Source: a virus
Length of the DNA: 64,000 bases
Virus record (IMG/VR): IMGVR_UViG_3300038696_000205
Location: 55,323-119,322 of that record
Direction: 5' to 3' (one strand)
Position 1 is the stretch's first letter. The number at the start of each line of letters is the position of its first letter. The position numbers and the translations under genes were made by a program. The notes beneath the pieces were generated by a model. That model did no database searches, was not told where the DNA came from, and was given only the letters and a program-made list of their open reading frames with translations. Shown piece by piece: positions 9,357-19,394 of the stretch.

Positions 9357-10677
9357 GTGAACTACCCACCCACGCCAGAGGCGATGGGATGGGCTTCGGG
9401 TTTCATAGAGTGTGCGTTATTACTAACGTCTAATTTCCTCTCCACCTTTGTAATCGCCAGTTCCTGACGATATATTTTTAATCCTTCATTTAAAATGTTC
9501 TTTGCAGCGTTTAAATCACGGTCTAATTTATGACCATTCTTGCAAGTCCATTCTCTAATTGAAAGATTTAAGTCTTGGTTTATCCAACCACATTCACAAC
9601 ACGTTTTCGATGATGGATACCAGCGATTGATTTTAACGACTTCTTTGTCATTCCAATCTGCTTTGTATTCAAGTAACCGAACAAATGTTCCCCAACTTGC
9701 ATCTGATATGTGTTTGGCAAGTTTATGGTTCTTTACCATACCTTTAACATCCAAATCTTCTAATGCGATTATATCATAATCAGATACTAATTGGTGAGAT
9801 ACTTTATGCAAGTTATCCATTCGTGAATTGGTTATCTTCTCGTGAATAAGTGCAGTTTTTCGTCTTTGTTTTTCAAACGAACCACTACCTTTTGTTTTAC
9901 GAGAAAGATGTTTTTGTGCTTTCGCTAACTTTCTTTCATATTGCTTCGTGTATTTATTATTCTTAAATTTTATTCCATCTGATGTAATTGCAAAATCCTT
10001 TAAACCCAAATCAATTCCGCAAACTTTGCCAGTTTTTTCTTTTGGAATATATTGTTCCTCTGAAAGAATACTTACAAAGTATTTTCCAGTTGGAGTTTTG
10101 GAAAACGTGCATTTACCAATTTCACCTTTTACTTCACGATGAACATTTATTTTAATCCCTTCCTTAAATTTTGGTATGTAAAGTGTTTTATTTTCCAGTT
10201 TTGCAAATTGTGGAACAGTAAAAGTATTTTTCTTTTTTCTTGACTTAAATCTCGGAAACTTCGCTGTACCACGAAAGAAGTTCACATAGGCAGTATCCAA
10301 ACATCTTAAAGAGAACTGTAATGATTGACTATTCACTTCTTTAAGCCAAATAGTTTCTTCTTTTTTCTTTAATCCAGTTAAAGTTGCCGCTTGTTTGTAA
10401 TAATTATCAGACTTCTTATCTACTTGATATTGTTCTTTACGCTCATTTAAAAAGTGATTATAGACGAAACGGATACAACCGAAATGCTTATCCAATAGCG
10501 TTTTCTGCTCTTGGTTAGGCTGTAATTCAAATTGATATGTCCGAAATATTGTTTTCACTCTATTATTAAATAGTCTAGTATTTTGTAAATATATTTTAAG
10601 TCAATGGTAATTTAACTACATTTGTCGCTTACATCCCATCCACGCAAAAGCGATGAATGGGTTTTACGCTCCGTTTT
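9357..10677 (-). mobile_element. IS200/IS605-family tnpB-only element
   Basis: Left end preceded by TTTAT (10678-10682, minus); matching subterminal hairpins CCCATTCATCGC..GCGTGGATGGG and CCCATCCCATCGC..GCGTGGGTGGG; right end GTAGTTCAC; no tnpA. Confidence 0.85.
9362..10558 (-). CDS. tnpB: RNA-guided endonuclease TnpB
   Basis: HTH, RuvC motifs GIDLG / ALEDL / DRDLNAA, zinc finger. Confidence 0.95.
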   Translation of the reverse strand: MKTIFRTYQFELQPNQEQKTLLDKHFGCIRFVYNHFLNERKEQYQVDKKSDNYYKQAATLTGLKKKEETIWLKEVNSQSLQFSLRCLDTAYVNFFRGTAKFPRFKSRKKKNTFTVPQFAKLENKTLYIPKFKEGIKINVHREVKGEIGKCTFSKTPTGKYFVSILSEEQYIPKEKTGKVCGIDLGLKDFAITSDGIKFKNNKYTKQYERKLAKAQKHLSRKTKGSGSFEKQRRKTALIHEKITNSRMDNLHKVSHQLVSDYDIIALEDLDVKGMVKNHKLAKHISDASWGTFVRLLEYKADWNDKEVVKINRWYPSSKTCCECGWINQDLNLSIREWTCKNGHKLDRDLNAAKNILNEGLKIYRQELAITKVERKLDVSNNAHSMKPEAHPIASGVGG

Positions 10678-10909
10678 ATAAAATTCACCCTGAAAGCTTA
10701 CATAAATACTTACACCCTTATAATCTTTTACTAAACTCATATCTATTATTTTTAATTAGTACAATACAAATATAGTGATTTATTTCCGAATAAAAAAACA
10801 TTTTAATAATATTTTTTTAAACCGAATATTTGTTGTAATTTTGCAATAATGAAAAGGGCCACCCGAATTGAGTGACCCTAATTAATATAAATGTAAATAT
10901 ATGGTAAAT

Positions 10910-11260
10910 TTATGCTAAACCAACAATACCCCTGATAGTCGCTGCGTCCTTGTCATCGAATTGGTATAAGCCACCTTCCGAGTTCTTATCTTGGTGGACT
11001 TTTTTACCGAATAATGACCTGTTCACGCCAGCCTCGTCATCTTCAATACCCATTGACTTCATTACACCTACGTGCGATGGAGCTGTCGGGTTCTTGTCTT
11101 TATTCAAGGCGTTCTGAATATCACTATAATCCTTCTTAGTGGTAGATTCAACTTTCTTATCACCCCTGGCGTTACCCTTTGAGTTTGGGTCAGGCTTAGA
11201 TTCAGGCTTCTCCCTAAGTAGGGATTCTCTGACCATTTGTTTAATTTTATTTTTATCCAT
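10910..11260 (-). CDS. hypothetical protein (IKQMVRES N-terminus)
   Basis: ORF track; ATATTTATA motif upstream. Confidence 0.7.
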   Translation of the reverse strand: MDKNKIKQMVRESLLREKPESKPDPNSKGNARGDKKVESTTKKDYSDIQNALNKDKNPTAPSHVGVMKSMGIEDDEAGVNRSLFGKKVHQDKNSEGGLYQFDDKDAATIRGIVGLA

Positions 11261-11434
11261 TGTAGTTAACTTTAATTATAAATATGCGAGATTACCTTAA
11301 AATCACACTTACATGTACACAAATGTGTACACTGACACACATAAATGCTGGATGAATGTATCACACTATTCATCCAGCATTTCTATTACTATTTTTTTGG
11401 TTGACTCATCCATATTTGCTTCCCACCATTTACC

Positions 11435-11707
11435 CTATAAATTTAGGGTTAACCCAGTCTTTTCATATACGGAATATTTAATATCCACTAACTTGTTCTC
11501 AAATTTAACTATCTCTGGTTTAAACCAGCTATCCCATATTTCATCGATAACATCATCTTCCATAACGAATATTGTCTTGATATCAACAAATATATGTTGT
11601 AAATACTCGTCATCACCACTTATCTTATTGCGTAGTTTGTAACTGGTGTAGGTATCCAAACTTAATTGATACGAGAACATTAAATAATTTTTAATTACTT
11701 CTTCCAT
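11435..11707 (-). CDS. hypothetical protein
   Basis: ORF track. Confidence 0.6.
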   Translation of the reverse strand: MEEVIKNYLMFSYQLSLDTYTSYKLRNKISGDDEYLQHIFVDIKTIFVMEDDVIDEIWDSWFKPEIVKFENKLVDIKYSVYEKTGLTLNL

Positions 11708-11768
11708 CTTTGTTAATTATTAACATGTACACAAATGCGTACATAATCACACATTATATCTTATGTCG

Positions 11769-12097
11769 TTAACACCTATATAACTCATCACCAGTATTCT
11801 TTGGTGGGGTTTCTCTAACAGCTTTCGCCTCTTCTGCCAATATTTTTAATTGCTCCCCTATTGGTTTTGAACCAAAATCAAGCTCATCCATTTCTAATTG
11901 TTCCTCATCCTTTTCTTTGAAATTATGAATGTCATTCATTAGGCCCTGTACCTCTTCATCTTCTGAATAAGATGGGTCTATCTCATGTAAAAATACTAAA
12001 GCCAGATGGTTTTTAACCATCTGGGTTTGTTTAGCGTTAAGTTCTTTAGGTTCACCAAGTTCAAAAAATCCATTAATCCAAAATCCCTACTAGTCAT
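11769..12097 (-). pseudogene. conserved-looking phage protein (MTSRDF..W..GFFEL...) whose N-terminus is out of frame
   Basis: ATG at 12097 is in a different frame from WINGFFELGEPKELNAKQTQMVKNH...; duplicate start at 12942. Confidence 0.55.
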
Positions 12098-12113
12098 AAT
12101 TTTTTATTTTTAT

Positions 12114-12914
12114 TTAATTTTTATATTTCCACTGATATCCACCAGCAGTTTTGCTTCTATTTGTTAAACAATTACTAATATTAGTAATCCTAACCCCAGT
12201 CTTATTGTACGCACATGTTAAACTATCATATTCACATAATAATTTACCGCATTTAGTAAATTGTAATACACTTTTTTCGCTATGCTTTGTTTTCTCATGT
12301 TTACTAACTTTAATATCTTCATAAGCCCACATAAAACCATTTGAAGTTGTATTAGATTTTTTACACGCCCTAGTAATATTACTATGGTTAAGGCCCAATT
12401 CATTAGCAGCGTCAACCGCTGAGGCCCATTTTTTAATAAAATTACCATTTAAATCATATTGTAACACACATTTTTTAATTGAGTCAAAATACTTCCTAAC
12501 ACCCTTTTTTCGATTAGCATTACCTTTTGGTGTGTGTTTAACTGAAACACCAAGCCTAGATTTTCTATTATTGACTCTATGCTCGTCTGTCCAAGGTTTA
12601 CCCAATCTACCATATGTTGCACAACCTTCACCCCCATCTAATGTGTTGGTTAGATTATAAATTTTACGATATTCTTTAATCCAATAACGCTCACGCTCTT
12701 GCCAGTTATCCTCGGTACATTCTTCAATCTTTTCTATTAAGGGTCTAAGCCCCCGTTTGACTAAAGATTGTACCCAACACGCTGTATGGTACTTATTATT
12801 TTTACTCCTTGTAATATGCGCTTGTAATCTACGAGCTATATTTGTTGTTTTACCTACATAACGTATTTCATTAGTTATAGGGTCAATTAATTTATATATG
12901 TATATTTTCTTCAT
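12114..12914 (-). CDS. GIY-YIG homing endonuclease with NUMOD1-like repeats
   Basis: IYIYKL...RYVGKT GIY-YIG domain; two VLQY/F...A...S(N)I..C...TAGGYQWKY repeats. Confidence 0.9.
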   Translation of the reverse strand: MKKIYIYKLIDPITNEIRYVGKTTNIARRLQAHITRSKNNKYHTACWVQSLVKRGLRPLIEKIEECTEDNWQERERYWIKEYRKIYNLTNTLDGGEGCATYGRLGKPWTDEHRVNNRKSRLGVSVKHTPKGNANRKKGVRKYFDSIKKCVLQYDLNGNFIKKWASAVDAANELGLNHSNITRACKKSNTTSNGFMWAYEDIKVSKHEKTKHSEKSVLQFTKCGKLLCEYDSLTCAYNKTGVRITNISNCLTNRSKTAGGYQWKYKN

Positions 12915-12952
12915 GCCAATATGCAAAATCTCTACTAGTCATTTTTTTATTT

Positions 12953-13828
12953 TTAAAAAGTTAATTCATTAAAATCATATCCATTAGCCGTTTCATTTAG
13001 CTTTAAAAGGGTTGCATCTTTAATTTGCCTAACCCTCTCACGGCTTAGGTTGAATATATCACCAATCTCCAATAGGTTCATTCTATAGTGATAACCGATA
13101 CCATAATACATTCTTAACATGGTAGCACTATTCTTATCCAATGTACCTAATAGTTGGTCCAACCTCTTGTAACTTTCACCATTGGTGAGGTTAAAATCAT
13201 TATCCTCGAACTCGGATGATTCCATAAGTTCTACCATAGTAGAACCATCTTCATTTATAGGGGTGTCGATTGATTGTGCGTGTCCATTGGAGACCTCGAT
13301 TAGTGTAATGAGTTCCTTATCGGTTATACTATTACTACCATCAGTGCCCAATACATCGTACATGGATATAGGTCTGGATAACGTCTGTTCCATTTCAGAT
13401 ACGACTTTCCTAAGACTATTCAGGTCGTTCAACTTATTGTTCGGAACCCTAACTTGTCTTTCGTTGATATAAAGATATTTTAATATATCCTTTCTTATAT
13501 ACCACACGGCATAAGTGATGAATTTAGTACCCTGTGAAGGGTCGAATTTAGTTGCGGCTTCCATTAGACCGATGTTACCCTCGTTGACTAAATCTTCAAG
13601 CGTTACGTTGGGTTTAATGTACTGTTTGGCAACACTGATAACAAACCTTAGGTTGCGCATAACTAATTCATCCTGGGCATCCAAATCACCGTTTATGGCC
13701 CTATGTGCACACTCGGCTTCAACCTCAGGTGATTCGAATAGGTCAATATTGGATACATCCCTTAAATACTTCTTAAAGGATTCGGTTTCTCTAGTTGTAA
13801 TCACTTCACTTATTTTAAGTCCTCTCAT
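12953..13828 (-). CDS. RNA polymerase sigma-70 factor (RpoD/RpoS group, Bacteroidota-like)
   Basis: NLRFVISVAKQY, DLVNEGNIGL, KFITYAVWYIR, LSRERVRQI. Confidence 0.93.
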   Translation of the reverse strand: MRGLKISEVITTRETESFKKYLRDVSNIDLFESPEVEAECAHRAINGDLDAQDELVMRNLRFVISVAKQYIKPNVTLEDLVNEGNIGLMEAATKFDPSQGTKFITYAVWYIRKDILKYLYINERQVRVPNNKLNDLNSLRKVVSEMEQTLSRPISMYDVLGTDGSNSITDKELITLIEVSNGHAQSIDTPINEDGSTMVELMESSEFEDNDFNLTNGESYKRLDQLLGTLDKNSATMLRMYYGIGYHYRMNLLEIGDIFNLSRERVRQIKDATLLKLNETANGYDFNELTF

Positions 13829-13840
13829 ATTCTTTTGGGT

Positions 13841-14149
13841 TTATCTTAATAGGTTAAAAATTTTCTCTGCTTGTGTTTTTGAATCGATGTATTCATGAAT
13901 CCAACCGTTTAATTCCCTTAAACCTTTGCTGGTCATTTTGTCCAGCTCAACTCTAAGTTTATCAAAATCATCACACTTAAACTCAACAACTTTTTGGTCA
14001 TTCTTCATATACGCATTAGGCTGAATGTGTTGTCTAATGATAGATTCAGCGTGAGTAGTCAATAAATATATTATTTGTTTATTGGAATCATTTATTTCTT
14101 TAAGTAATTCGATTTGCGTTTTTAGACTCCTAATTTCTATATCTGTCAT
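13841..14149 (-). CDS. hypothetical protein
   Basis: ORF track. Confidence 0.65.
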   Translation of the reverse strand: MTDIEIRSLKTQIELLKEINDSNKQIIYLLTTHAESIIRQHIQPNAYMKNDQKVVEFKCDDFDKLRVELDKMTSKGLRELNGWIHEYIDSKTQAEKIFNLLR

Positions 14150-14150
14150 A

Positions 14151-14591
14151 TTACACTATTGTTTTACGGTTAATTTCCATGGTTAAATCTTTCTCCCTTA
14201 ATGAATTTCGTTTATCATAAAGTTTTTTACCCTTACCTAACCCAAGTTTGACCTTAATAAGACCAGTCCTGGTTAGATTAATTGATAATGGCACAAGGGT
14301 TAAGCCGTCTTGCGCTATTAGTTTACCTATCTTGATGATTTCGGATTTGTTCAATAATAGTTTCCTATCCCTAGATGGTTCGTGCGACCAGGCGTTTATC
14401 AACTTAACTGGAACATGCATACCCTTTAGGAATATTTCGTTGTTTTTAATATAACAGAACGAATCCTTTATGGTGGCCATATTCCCCTTAATGGGTTTTA
14501 TTTCCGAACCTATAAGTTTAATACCCGACACATACTCTTGAAGTATGTCGTATTCAAAATAAGCTATTTTATTTTTTGTTAGTGTTTTCAT
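14151..14591 (-). CDS. smpB: SsrA-binding protein SmpB
   Basis: NKIAYFEY, GIKLIGSEIK, HEPSRDRKLLLNKSEI, GKGKKLYDKR. Confidence 0.93.
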   Translation of the reverse strand: MKTLTKNKIAYFEYDILQEYVSGIKLIGSEIKPIKGNMATIKDSFCYIKNNEIFLKGMHVPVKLINAWSHEPSRDRKLLLNKSEIIKIGKLIAQDGLTLVPLSINLTRTGLIKVKLGLGKGKKLYDKRNSLREKDLTMEINRKTIV

Positions 14592-14636
14592 ACTGCAAAG
14601 ATATAAATTTTATATTGTTTCGCCAAATATATTAAC

Positions 14637-15134
14637 TTAAAAATTCATCATTCTTTCCGACACCTTTATGATTTCTTCATTATACCAGTTTTCATAAAAT
14701 CGATTAATTATTTTCTTGTTAATCCATTTAATATCCATTTTATAAAAAACATTGGTGATGTCATCCAAAGACATTACTTTACCAGATTTATCCCTAATGA
14801 GCCAATCCCTAGGACCTAACGAAATAGTTAATTCAGTATTAAAATACCGTTTAATATCGCTAACCGTTGAGTCAAAGCTTATTTTTATAGTATAGAACTC
14901 ATGATAATACCAATCATTTATGTGTTTATTGATTAAATCATCTTCATCAATACCAAAAATTAATTGTATTTCATTTAAAAATTCCTTTATGTAGGTGGAT
15001 GATTTATACTGGTCCGAAACTATTACCACAGAATCTTCACTTATGGTTTCACCCATTAGTCTAACTTCGGATAACCTTAAATGGTAATAAGTCTTAATAT
15101 AATCATCTAAAACAATATTATCAAATGTTTTCAT
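14637..15134 (-). CDS. hypothetical protein
   Basis: ORF track. Confidence 0.65.
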   Translation of the reverse strand: MKTFDNIVLDDYIKTYYHLRLSEVRLMGETISEDSVVIVSDQYKSSTYIKEFLNEIQLIFGIDEDDLINKHINDWYYHEFYTIKISFDSTVSDIKRYFNTELTISLGPRDWLIRDKSGKVMSLDDITNVFYKMDIKWINKKIINRFYENWYNEEIIKVSERMMNF

Positions 15135-15417
15135 TTATTTCTTTTAATAACTCCCTTATTTGTATGCATCTTTCAAAATCATTAATCGATGAAAAATATT
15201 CCAATGATAAATTTAAAGCATCATTCCAATATTTTGGTGCCATGTTGATTCTAATAGTAGAGTCATTGTTGGTCACTGAGAACTCCATCACAACCCTATC
15301 ATGGTCACCACTGATTATAGAATCGATAATAGTATTAACCACAAGAGTATGTACTAGTAATCGTTCATTTACCAAAAATTCGGAAACCTCTTCCATGGTT
15401 TCAAATGTCTTCTTCAT
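15121..15417 (-). CDS. hypothetical protein
   Basis: ORF track. Confidence 0.65.
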   Translation of the reverse strand: MKKTFETMEEVSEFLVNERLLVHTLVVNTIIDSIISGDHDRVVMEFSVTNNDSTIRINMAPKYWNDALNLSLEYFSSINDFERCIQIRELLKEINENI

Positions 15418-15787
15418 CGTGATTTGGATTAAATATTATATCCCAATTTTTATTATATATCTCACTTAATGTTTCTGATAATTTTTCATCTTTTGAAATC
15501 AGATTGTATAAATCCTCAAACATTAGGTAACCAAATTTTAACTCATTTAAATTACCACGACAATACATACCATTTGGGTCCTGTTGGCAAGCTAATGGTG
15601 AACAACACCCAGTCTCGCCACAACTTGTACACATTGGACAGTATACACTTTCATTGTCATCTTTATTTGTGGCTAATGTCCACACCCTTAATGCCGCCTC
15701 AAATTCGTTAAATTCAGATGTGGAAGGTCCTCTTGGGTCGTCTATATTGTAAAAATCTTCAAATAATGGTTTTTTAATTTCAGACAT
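15401..15787 (-). CDS. hypothetical Cys-rich protein
   Basis: CPMCTSCGETGCC motif. Confidence 0.65.
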   Translation of the reverse strand: MSEIKKPLFEDFYNIDDPRGPSTSEFNEFEAALRVWTLATNKDDNESVYCPMCTSCGETGCCSPLACQQDPNGMYCRGNLNELKFGYLMFEDLYNLISKDEKLSETLSEIYNKNWDIIFNPNHDEEDI

Positions 15788-15944
15788 AATTTTTAATTTA
15801 TTTCGGATAATATGTCATTACATTTTGCAACGACATAAAAAGGAATCATTATTAATATTTTAAGAATGGCTATCAACCAAAAAAATGGTAACAATAGAAT
15901 AAGTAATATAAACGGATAATCTTTTATATTTTCGGGCATAAAGT

Positions 15945-16217
15945 TTATTTTTTAACTAATATACCTGGGTTTGTTTTTAAACCTAGAGCTGAATGTAGTT
16001 TTTCACTTACATCTTTAATACAAGTATTTGATGGTAGCTCTAGAAAATATAAATAGGTAGCATGTCCATCGGATATTGTGGCCTCGAAATTAACCTTTGG
16101 TTTAAGGGTTTCAATTTTATCTTCAAGAAATTGAGCATATCTAATCATTTCATTTGCAAACTTTAGAGTTTGAAATTCATCATTGAAATCGTAATCTTTT
16201 TTACTTGGCTTATTCAT
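15945..16217 (-). CDS. hypothetical protein
   Basis: ORF track. Confidence 0.6.
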   Translation of the reverse strand: MNKPSKKDYDFNDEFQTLKFANEMIRYAQFLEDKIETLKPKVNFEATISDGHATYLYFLELPSNTCIKDVSEKLHSALGLKTNPGILVKK

Positions 16218-16234
16218 AACTTTATTTATTTATA

Positions 16235-16540
16235 TTATTCTTCTCTTTCGTAATTACAAATTTTACACGTTTCCTCATATTGAGTGTAGCCACCATCATG
16301 GGTTTCAACTTCATCTGTATAGTGATTTACATACGTTGAAATATCGGATACCCAGTAACTAGAATCCTCGAACGCTGATTCACCATTTTCATCAATATGG
16401 TCACATGAAGCTTCATGTCCTTTTAACTCATTATTTAATTTGTATATCTTTTGTTTAAGTTTAGAAATCTTAGCTTCCTTTAATCTAATCAACTCCAAAT
16501 ACCTATCTATTTTAAAGTAATACTCTTTTTTATCCGTCAT
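16235..16540 (-). CDS. hypothetical protein
   Basis: ORF track. Confidence 0.6.
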   Translation of the reverse strand: MTDKKEYYFKIDRYLELIRLKEAKISKLKQKIYKLNNELKGHEASCDHIDENGESAFEDSSYWVSDISTYVNHYTDEVETHDGGYTQYEETCKICNYEREE

Positions 16541-16546
16541 GTTATT

Positions 16547-16867
16547 TTAATCCTTTTGATTTTTTAACTTTTTTATTGGTTTCTTCCAACATTGGACCCA
16601 TATGTTTAACCAAGCGATTTGGAAATCGACTGCAAAGTAATAACTACTTGATTTGATTTGTGTATTGATTTTTAAGGTTATCCCAAAATCAAGCCAATCC
16701 CAGAAGACTGATGGTTTGATAAAATTATAGAGTTTGTATTCCATATTACAATAGCATTTATTTTTTGTTTTGCCACAACATGGCATATTTGGGCAATATT
16801 CATTCTCACATTTAGTACTTGTACTAACTCCATTACATAAGGTGCAATGGTAATATTTTTCACTCAT
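16547..16867 (-). CDS. hypothetical Cys-rich protein
   Basis: ORF track. Confidence 0.55.
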   Translation of the reverse strand: MSEKYYHCTLCNGVSTSTKCENEYCPNMPCCGKTKNKCYCNMEYKLYNFIKPSVFWDWLDFGITLKINTQIKSSSYYFAVDFQIAWLNIWVQCWKKPIKKLKNQKD

Positions 16868-16893
16868 TATAGGAAAGGTCTTTAACCGTTAAT

Positions 16894-16920
16894 GGGGGAT
16901 GCTCCTAAGAACATCCCCCT
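16894..16920 (-). terminator. intrinsic terminator-like hairpin
   Basis: GGGGATGTTCTTAGGAGCATCCCC after the OmpA-domain gene. Confidence 0.6.
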
Positions 16921-16939
16921 GATTAACTTTAAAATGTGA

Positions 16940-17446
16940 TTACTTTACTTCAAGTCTAACTCTTCTAGACAAATCAACATTCTTACCATCGGTGGTATCA
17001 ACCTCACCAACGTAGTCTAATACTATTTGGCTAAGACTAACTCCATTACTTAAAAGCTTTGCAACTACTGCTTCTGCTCTGTCCTCTGACAACGTTAAGT
17101 TGTAATCAACACTTGCTGGAGGTGAAGCATAACCAGTTACATATACTCTGGTATCTTCGGTTAAAGCATCCGTGATTTTTTGAATTGCCTTACCAGCCTT
17201 AGAATTTAACTTTGGCATGTATTCACCCATGAGGGTTTCCTTCCATAACTTTGAATCTACTTCTACACTCTTTTTAAACTCTATAGAGGAAAAATCACCA
17301 GCGACATGAAAACCTAATGCACGCCATGATTTTATTTTATATTTTTTGGCCATTTCATCTTGGGCACCAAAGGCTAAATCAAGCTTTTCAACCACTTCCT
17401 TGAATTTTAGACCAGTTTTACTATCTTTTTTTGTTATAAAATACAT
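16940..17446 (-). CDS. chimeric protein with partial OmpA-like peptidoglycan-binding C-terminal domain
   Basis: C-terminal VYVTGYAS...YNLTLSEDRAEAV...GV...SRRV; unrelated N-terminus. Confidence 0.65.
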   Translation of the reverse strand: MYFITKKDSKTGLKFKEVVEKLDLAFGAQDEMAKKYKIKSWRALGFHVAGDFSSIEFKKSVEVDSKLWKETLMGEYMPKLNSKAGKAIQKITDALTEDTRVYVTGYASPPASVDYNLTLSEDRAEAVVAKLLSNGVSLSQIVLDYVGEVDTTDGKNVDLSRRVRLEVK

Positions 17447-17462
17447 ATTATATTTTTTTAAG

Positions 17463-17711
17463 TTATTTTAAAAATGGACTTGTAAATCCACGCAAATCCT
17501 TACCACACTCAGGACAAAAGTTATTTAAAAATTCTTTTACCCTTTCCACATGCACATAGTCATGACATTCAGCTTCTAACTTTTCCATTTCGTTAACTAT
17601 CTCCACTATGTTTGTGGTGTCGATGTCATACTGCCAATCCTTATACTCTTCATCCGCATCTTTACTAGTTGCGTTTAAGTATATTTCCAATTTTTTTAAT
17701 CTACTGAGCAT
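17463..17711 (-). CDS. hypothetical protein
   Basis: ORF track. Confidence 0.6.
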   Translation of the reverse strand: MLSRLKKLEIYLNATSKDADEEYKDWQYDIDTTNIVEIVNEMEKLEAECHDYVHVERVKEFLNNFCPECGKDLRGFTSPFLK

Positions 17712-17892
17712 TTAATTATTTCTGTAGTGTTTATTGTAGTAGTCTTCCCCGACTTGTTTTTTTAAATATTCTTCACCAGACATACCATATAATTCATAAT
17801 CACTAATTCTCTTACCCCGATACATTGAGATACCCAAAATGATAAAGACTAATAGGATAGTAAATGTGGTTATGAACATTGTGAAACTCACG

Positions 17893-18414
17893 TTAATTTA
17901 TATAATTTTGAATAAATAATTTATACTTTTCGATATCGTTATCGACTTGACCAAATAAGTTTTTACATTTATCCCTATATTTTTCCTGATTACTTTTTAA
18001 GTGTAATTCTTGTGTCATGTATCTAGGGTATGTTACCCGATTTAACTTATAATACATAATTGATGCCCACCTATCGGCAAATATTTCTTCTTCGATTATT
18101 CCTTGGAAAAAGTGTTCAAAGTCTGGTCTTGACATTTTATCAAGTATGTTATCTTCACCAAGCTTTTTCATTCTAACGTAATGACCAATTTCATGTAAGA
18201 TTATATACATCCTGATTTCATCGGTCAACCTATAGTCGGATTCCAATTTATCAATATCAATATATATTCCGAAGATTGTTGCTAATCCGAGACCAAAACT
18301 TAGCTTGTTTGATTTAACGCTTATGTTTTTTTCTCGGATTATATCCAACACCCCCCTGAAATTATAATTTGTATCGGCATCTTTCTCTAAGAGATAGTTC
18401 TTAAAATTTTTCAT
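17893..18414 (-). CDS. HExxH zincin-like metallopeptidase domain protein
   Basis: ILHEIGHY and EEEIFAD. Confidence 0.55.
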   Translation of the reverse strand: MKNFKNYLLEKDADTNYNFRGVLDIIREKNISVKSNKLSFGLGLATIFGIYIDIDKLESDYRLTDEIRMYIILHEIGHYVRMKKLGEDNILDKMSRPDFEHFFQGIIEEEIFADRWASIMYYKLNRVTYPRYMTQELHLKSNQEKYRDKCKNLFGQVDNDIEKYKLFIQNYIN

Positions 18415-18415
18415 A

Positions 18416-18943
18416 TTAAATTATTTTAATAGTTTCACCGATAACATGGTTAATCTGAAATGATTTAATAAAACCATTCCCGACCATACTTTCGAAATAT
18501 TGCTTAAAGGTAACAATATGTTCTATCCTATCCTCGAACATGTTTACATGGTCGATAGGTTTGTTCTTACTCAACACATCGGCAATCTGCTCTATCTTGT
18601 TGGTAAGGGTGTCGCCACCGTAGTTGTATCTATATTCATCAAACACTAATTTATGTTTTTCTAATATAGCTTCAACCTCCTTATGTAATTTAGTCCGTCT
18701 ACCAGTAAGCATGATATTGTGAGAGTTTGGTTTTGAGGACAAACTCTTGTATTCTTCAATAACCGCTTCGATTACTGGTTGTTCGAATACTTCACAATCA
18801 AGAGATTCTGGTTTACTCCACCATCCAATATGAGGCCATTTCTTACCAGTTTTTTCAAGCCAGATGGCTTTACCAGTCTCTGGGATTTGTGTGTCTACCA
18901 AGGTAGAATCAAAATCAAAAATATTTAAAACTTTTGCACTCAT
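18416..18943 (-). CDS. HAD-family phosphatase (Swiss-army-knife RNA-repair type)
   Basis: IFDFDSTL, MLTGR, MFEDRIEH. Confidence 0.75.
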   Translation of the reverse strand: MSAKVLNIFDFDSTLVDTQIPETGKAIWLEKTGKKWPHIGWWSKPESLDCEVFEQPVIEAVIEEYKSLSSKPNSHNIMLTGRRTKLHKEVEAILEKHKLVFDEYRYNYGGDTLTNKIEQIADVLSKNKPIDHVNMFEDRIEHIVTFKQYFESMVGNGFIKSFQINHVIGETIKII

Positions 18944-18961
18944 ATTATTATTGTTTTTTAA

Positions 18962-19342
18962 TTAGAACGGTAAATCATCATCTTCGTAAGACCCATCAGT
19001 TGAATCCGACATAGCTGGCATTTTAGGTGTTACGTTCGCTTGTGCGGTCTGACCAGCAGCTGCGTTTTGTCCAACTTGGATTCTCCAACCTTGAAGGGAG
19101 TTAAAATATTTAACCTCACCTTGTGGGTTGGTCCATTCTCTACCTCTGATGTTGATGTGGACGATTACATCCTGGCCAACTTGGAAATTATTCAATTCTT
19201 CAACCTTATCCTGGATGAATTCGATTTGAATTGATTGTGGATATTGTTCCGCTGTTACAATAACCAACTCCCTTTTTCTAAAATTGTTAGTCCCAATCGT
19301 TTGGGTGTCTCCAATTAACTTAATTTTTCCTTGTACTTCCAT
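18962..19342 (-). CDS. DUF3127 OB-fold (SSB-like) protein
   Basis: FRKRELV...YPQ.IQIEF.QDK...INIRGREW...YFNSLQGWRI, acidic DDLPF tail. Confidence 0.85.
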   Translation of the reverse strand: MEVQGKIKLIGDTQTIGTNNFRKRELVIVTAEQYPQSIQIEFIQDKVEELNNFQVGQDVIVHINIRGREWTNPQGEVKYFNSLQGWRIQVGQNAAAGQTAQANVTPKMPAMSDSTDGSYEDDDLPF

Positions 19343-19394
19343 TTAATTTAAATTTTAATTATTTATTATTTAGGCAAATATATTACTTTTTTAT

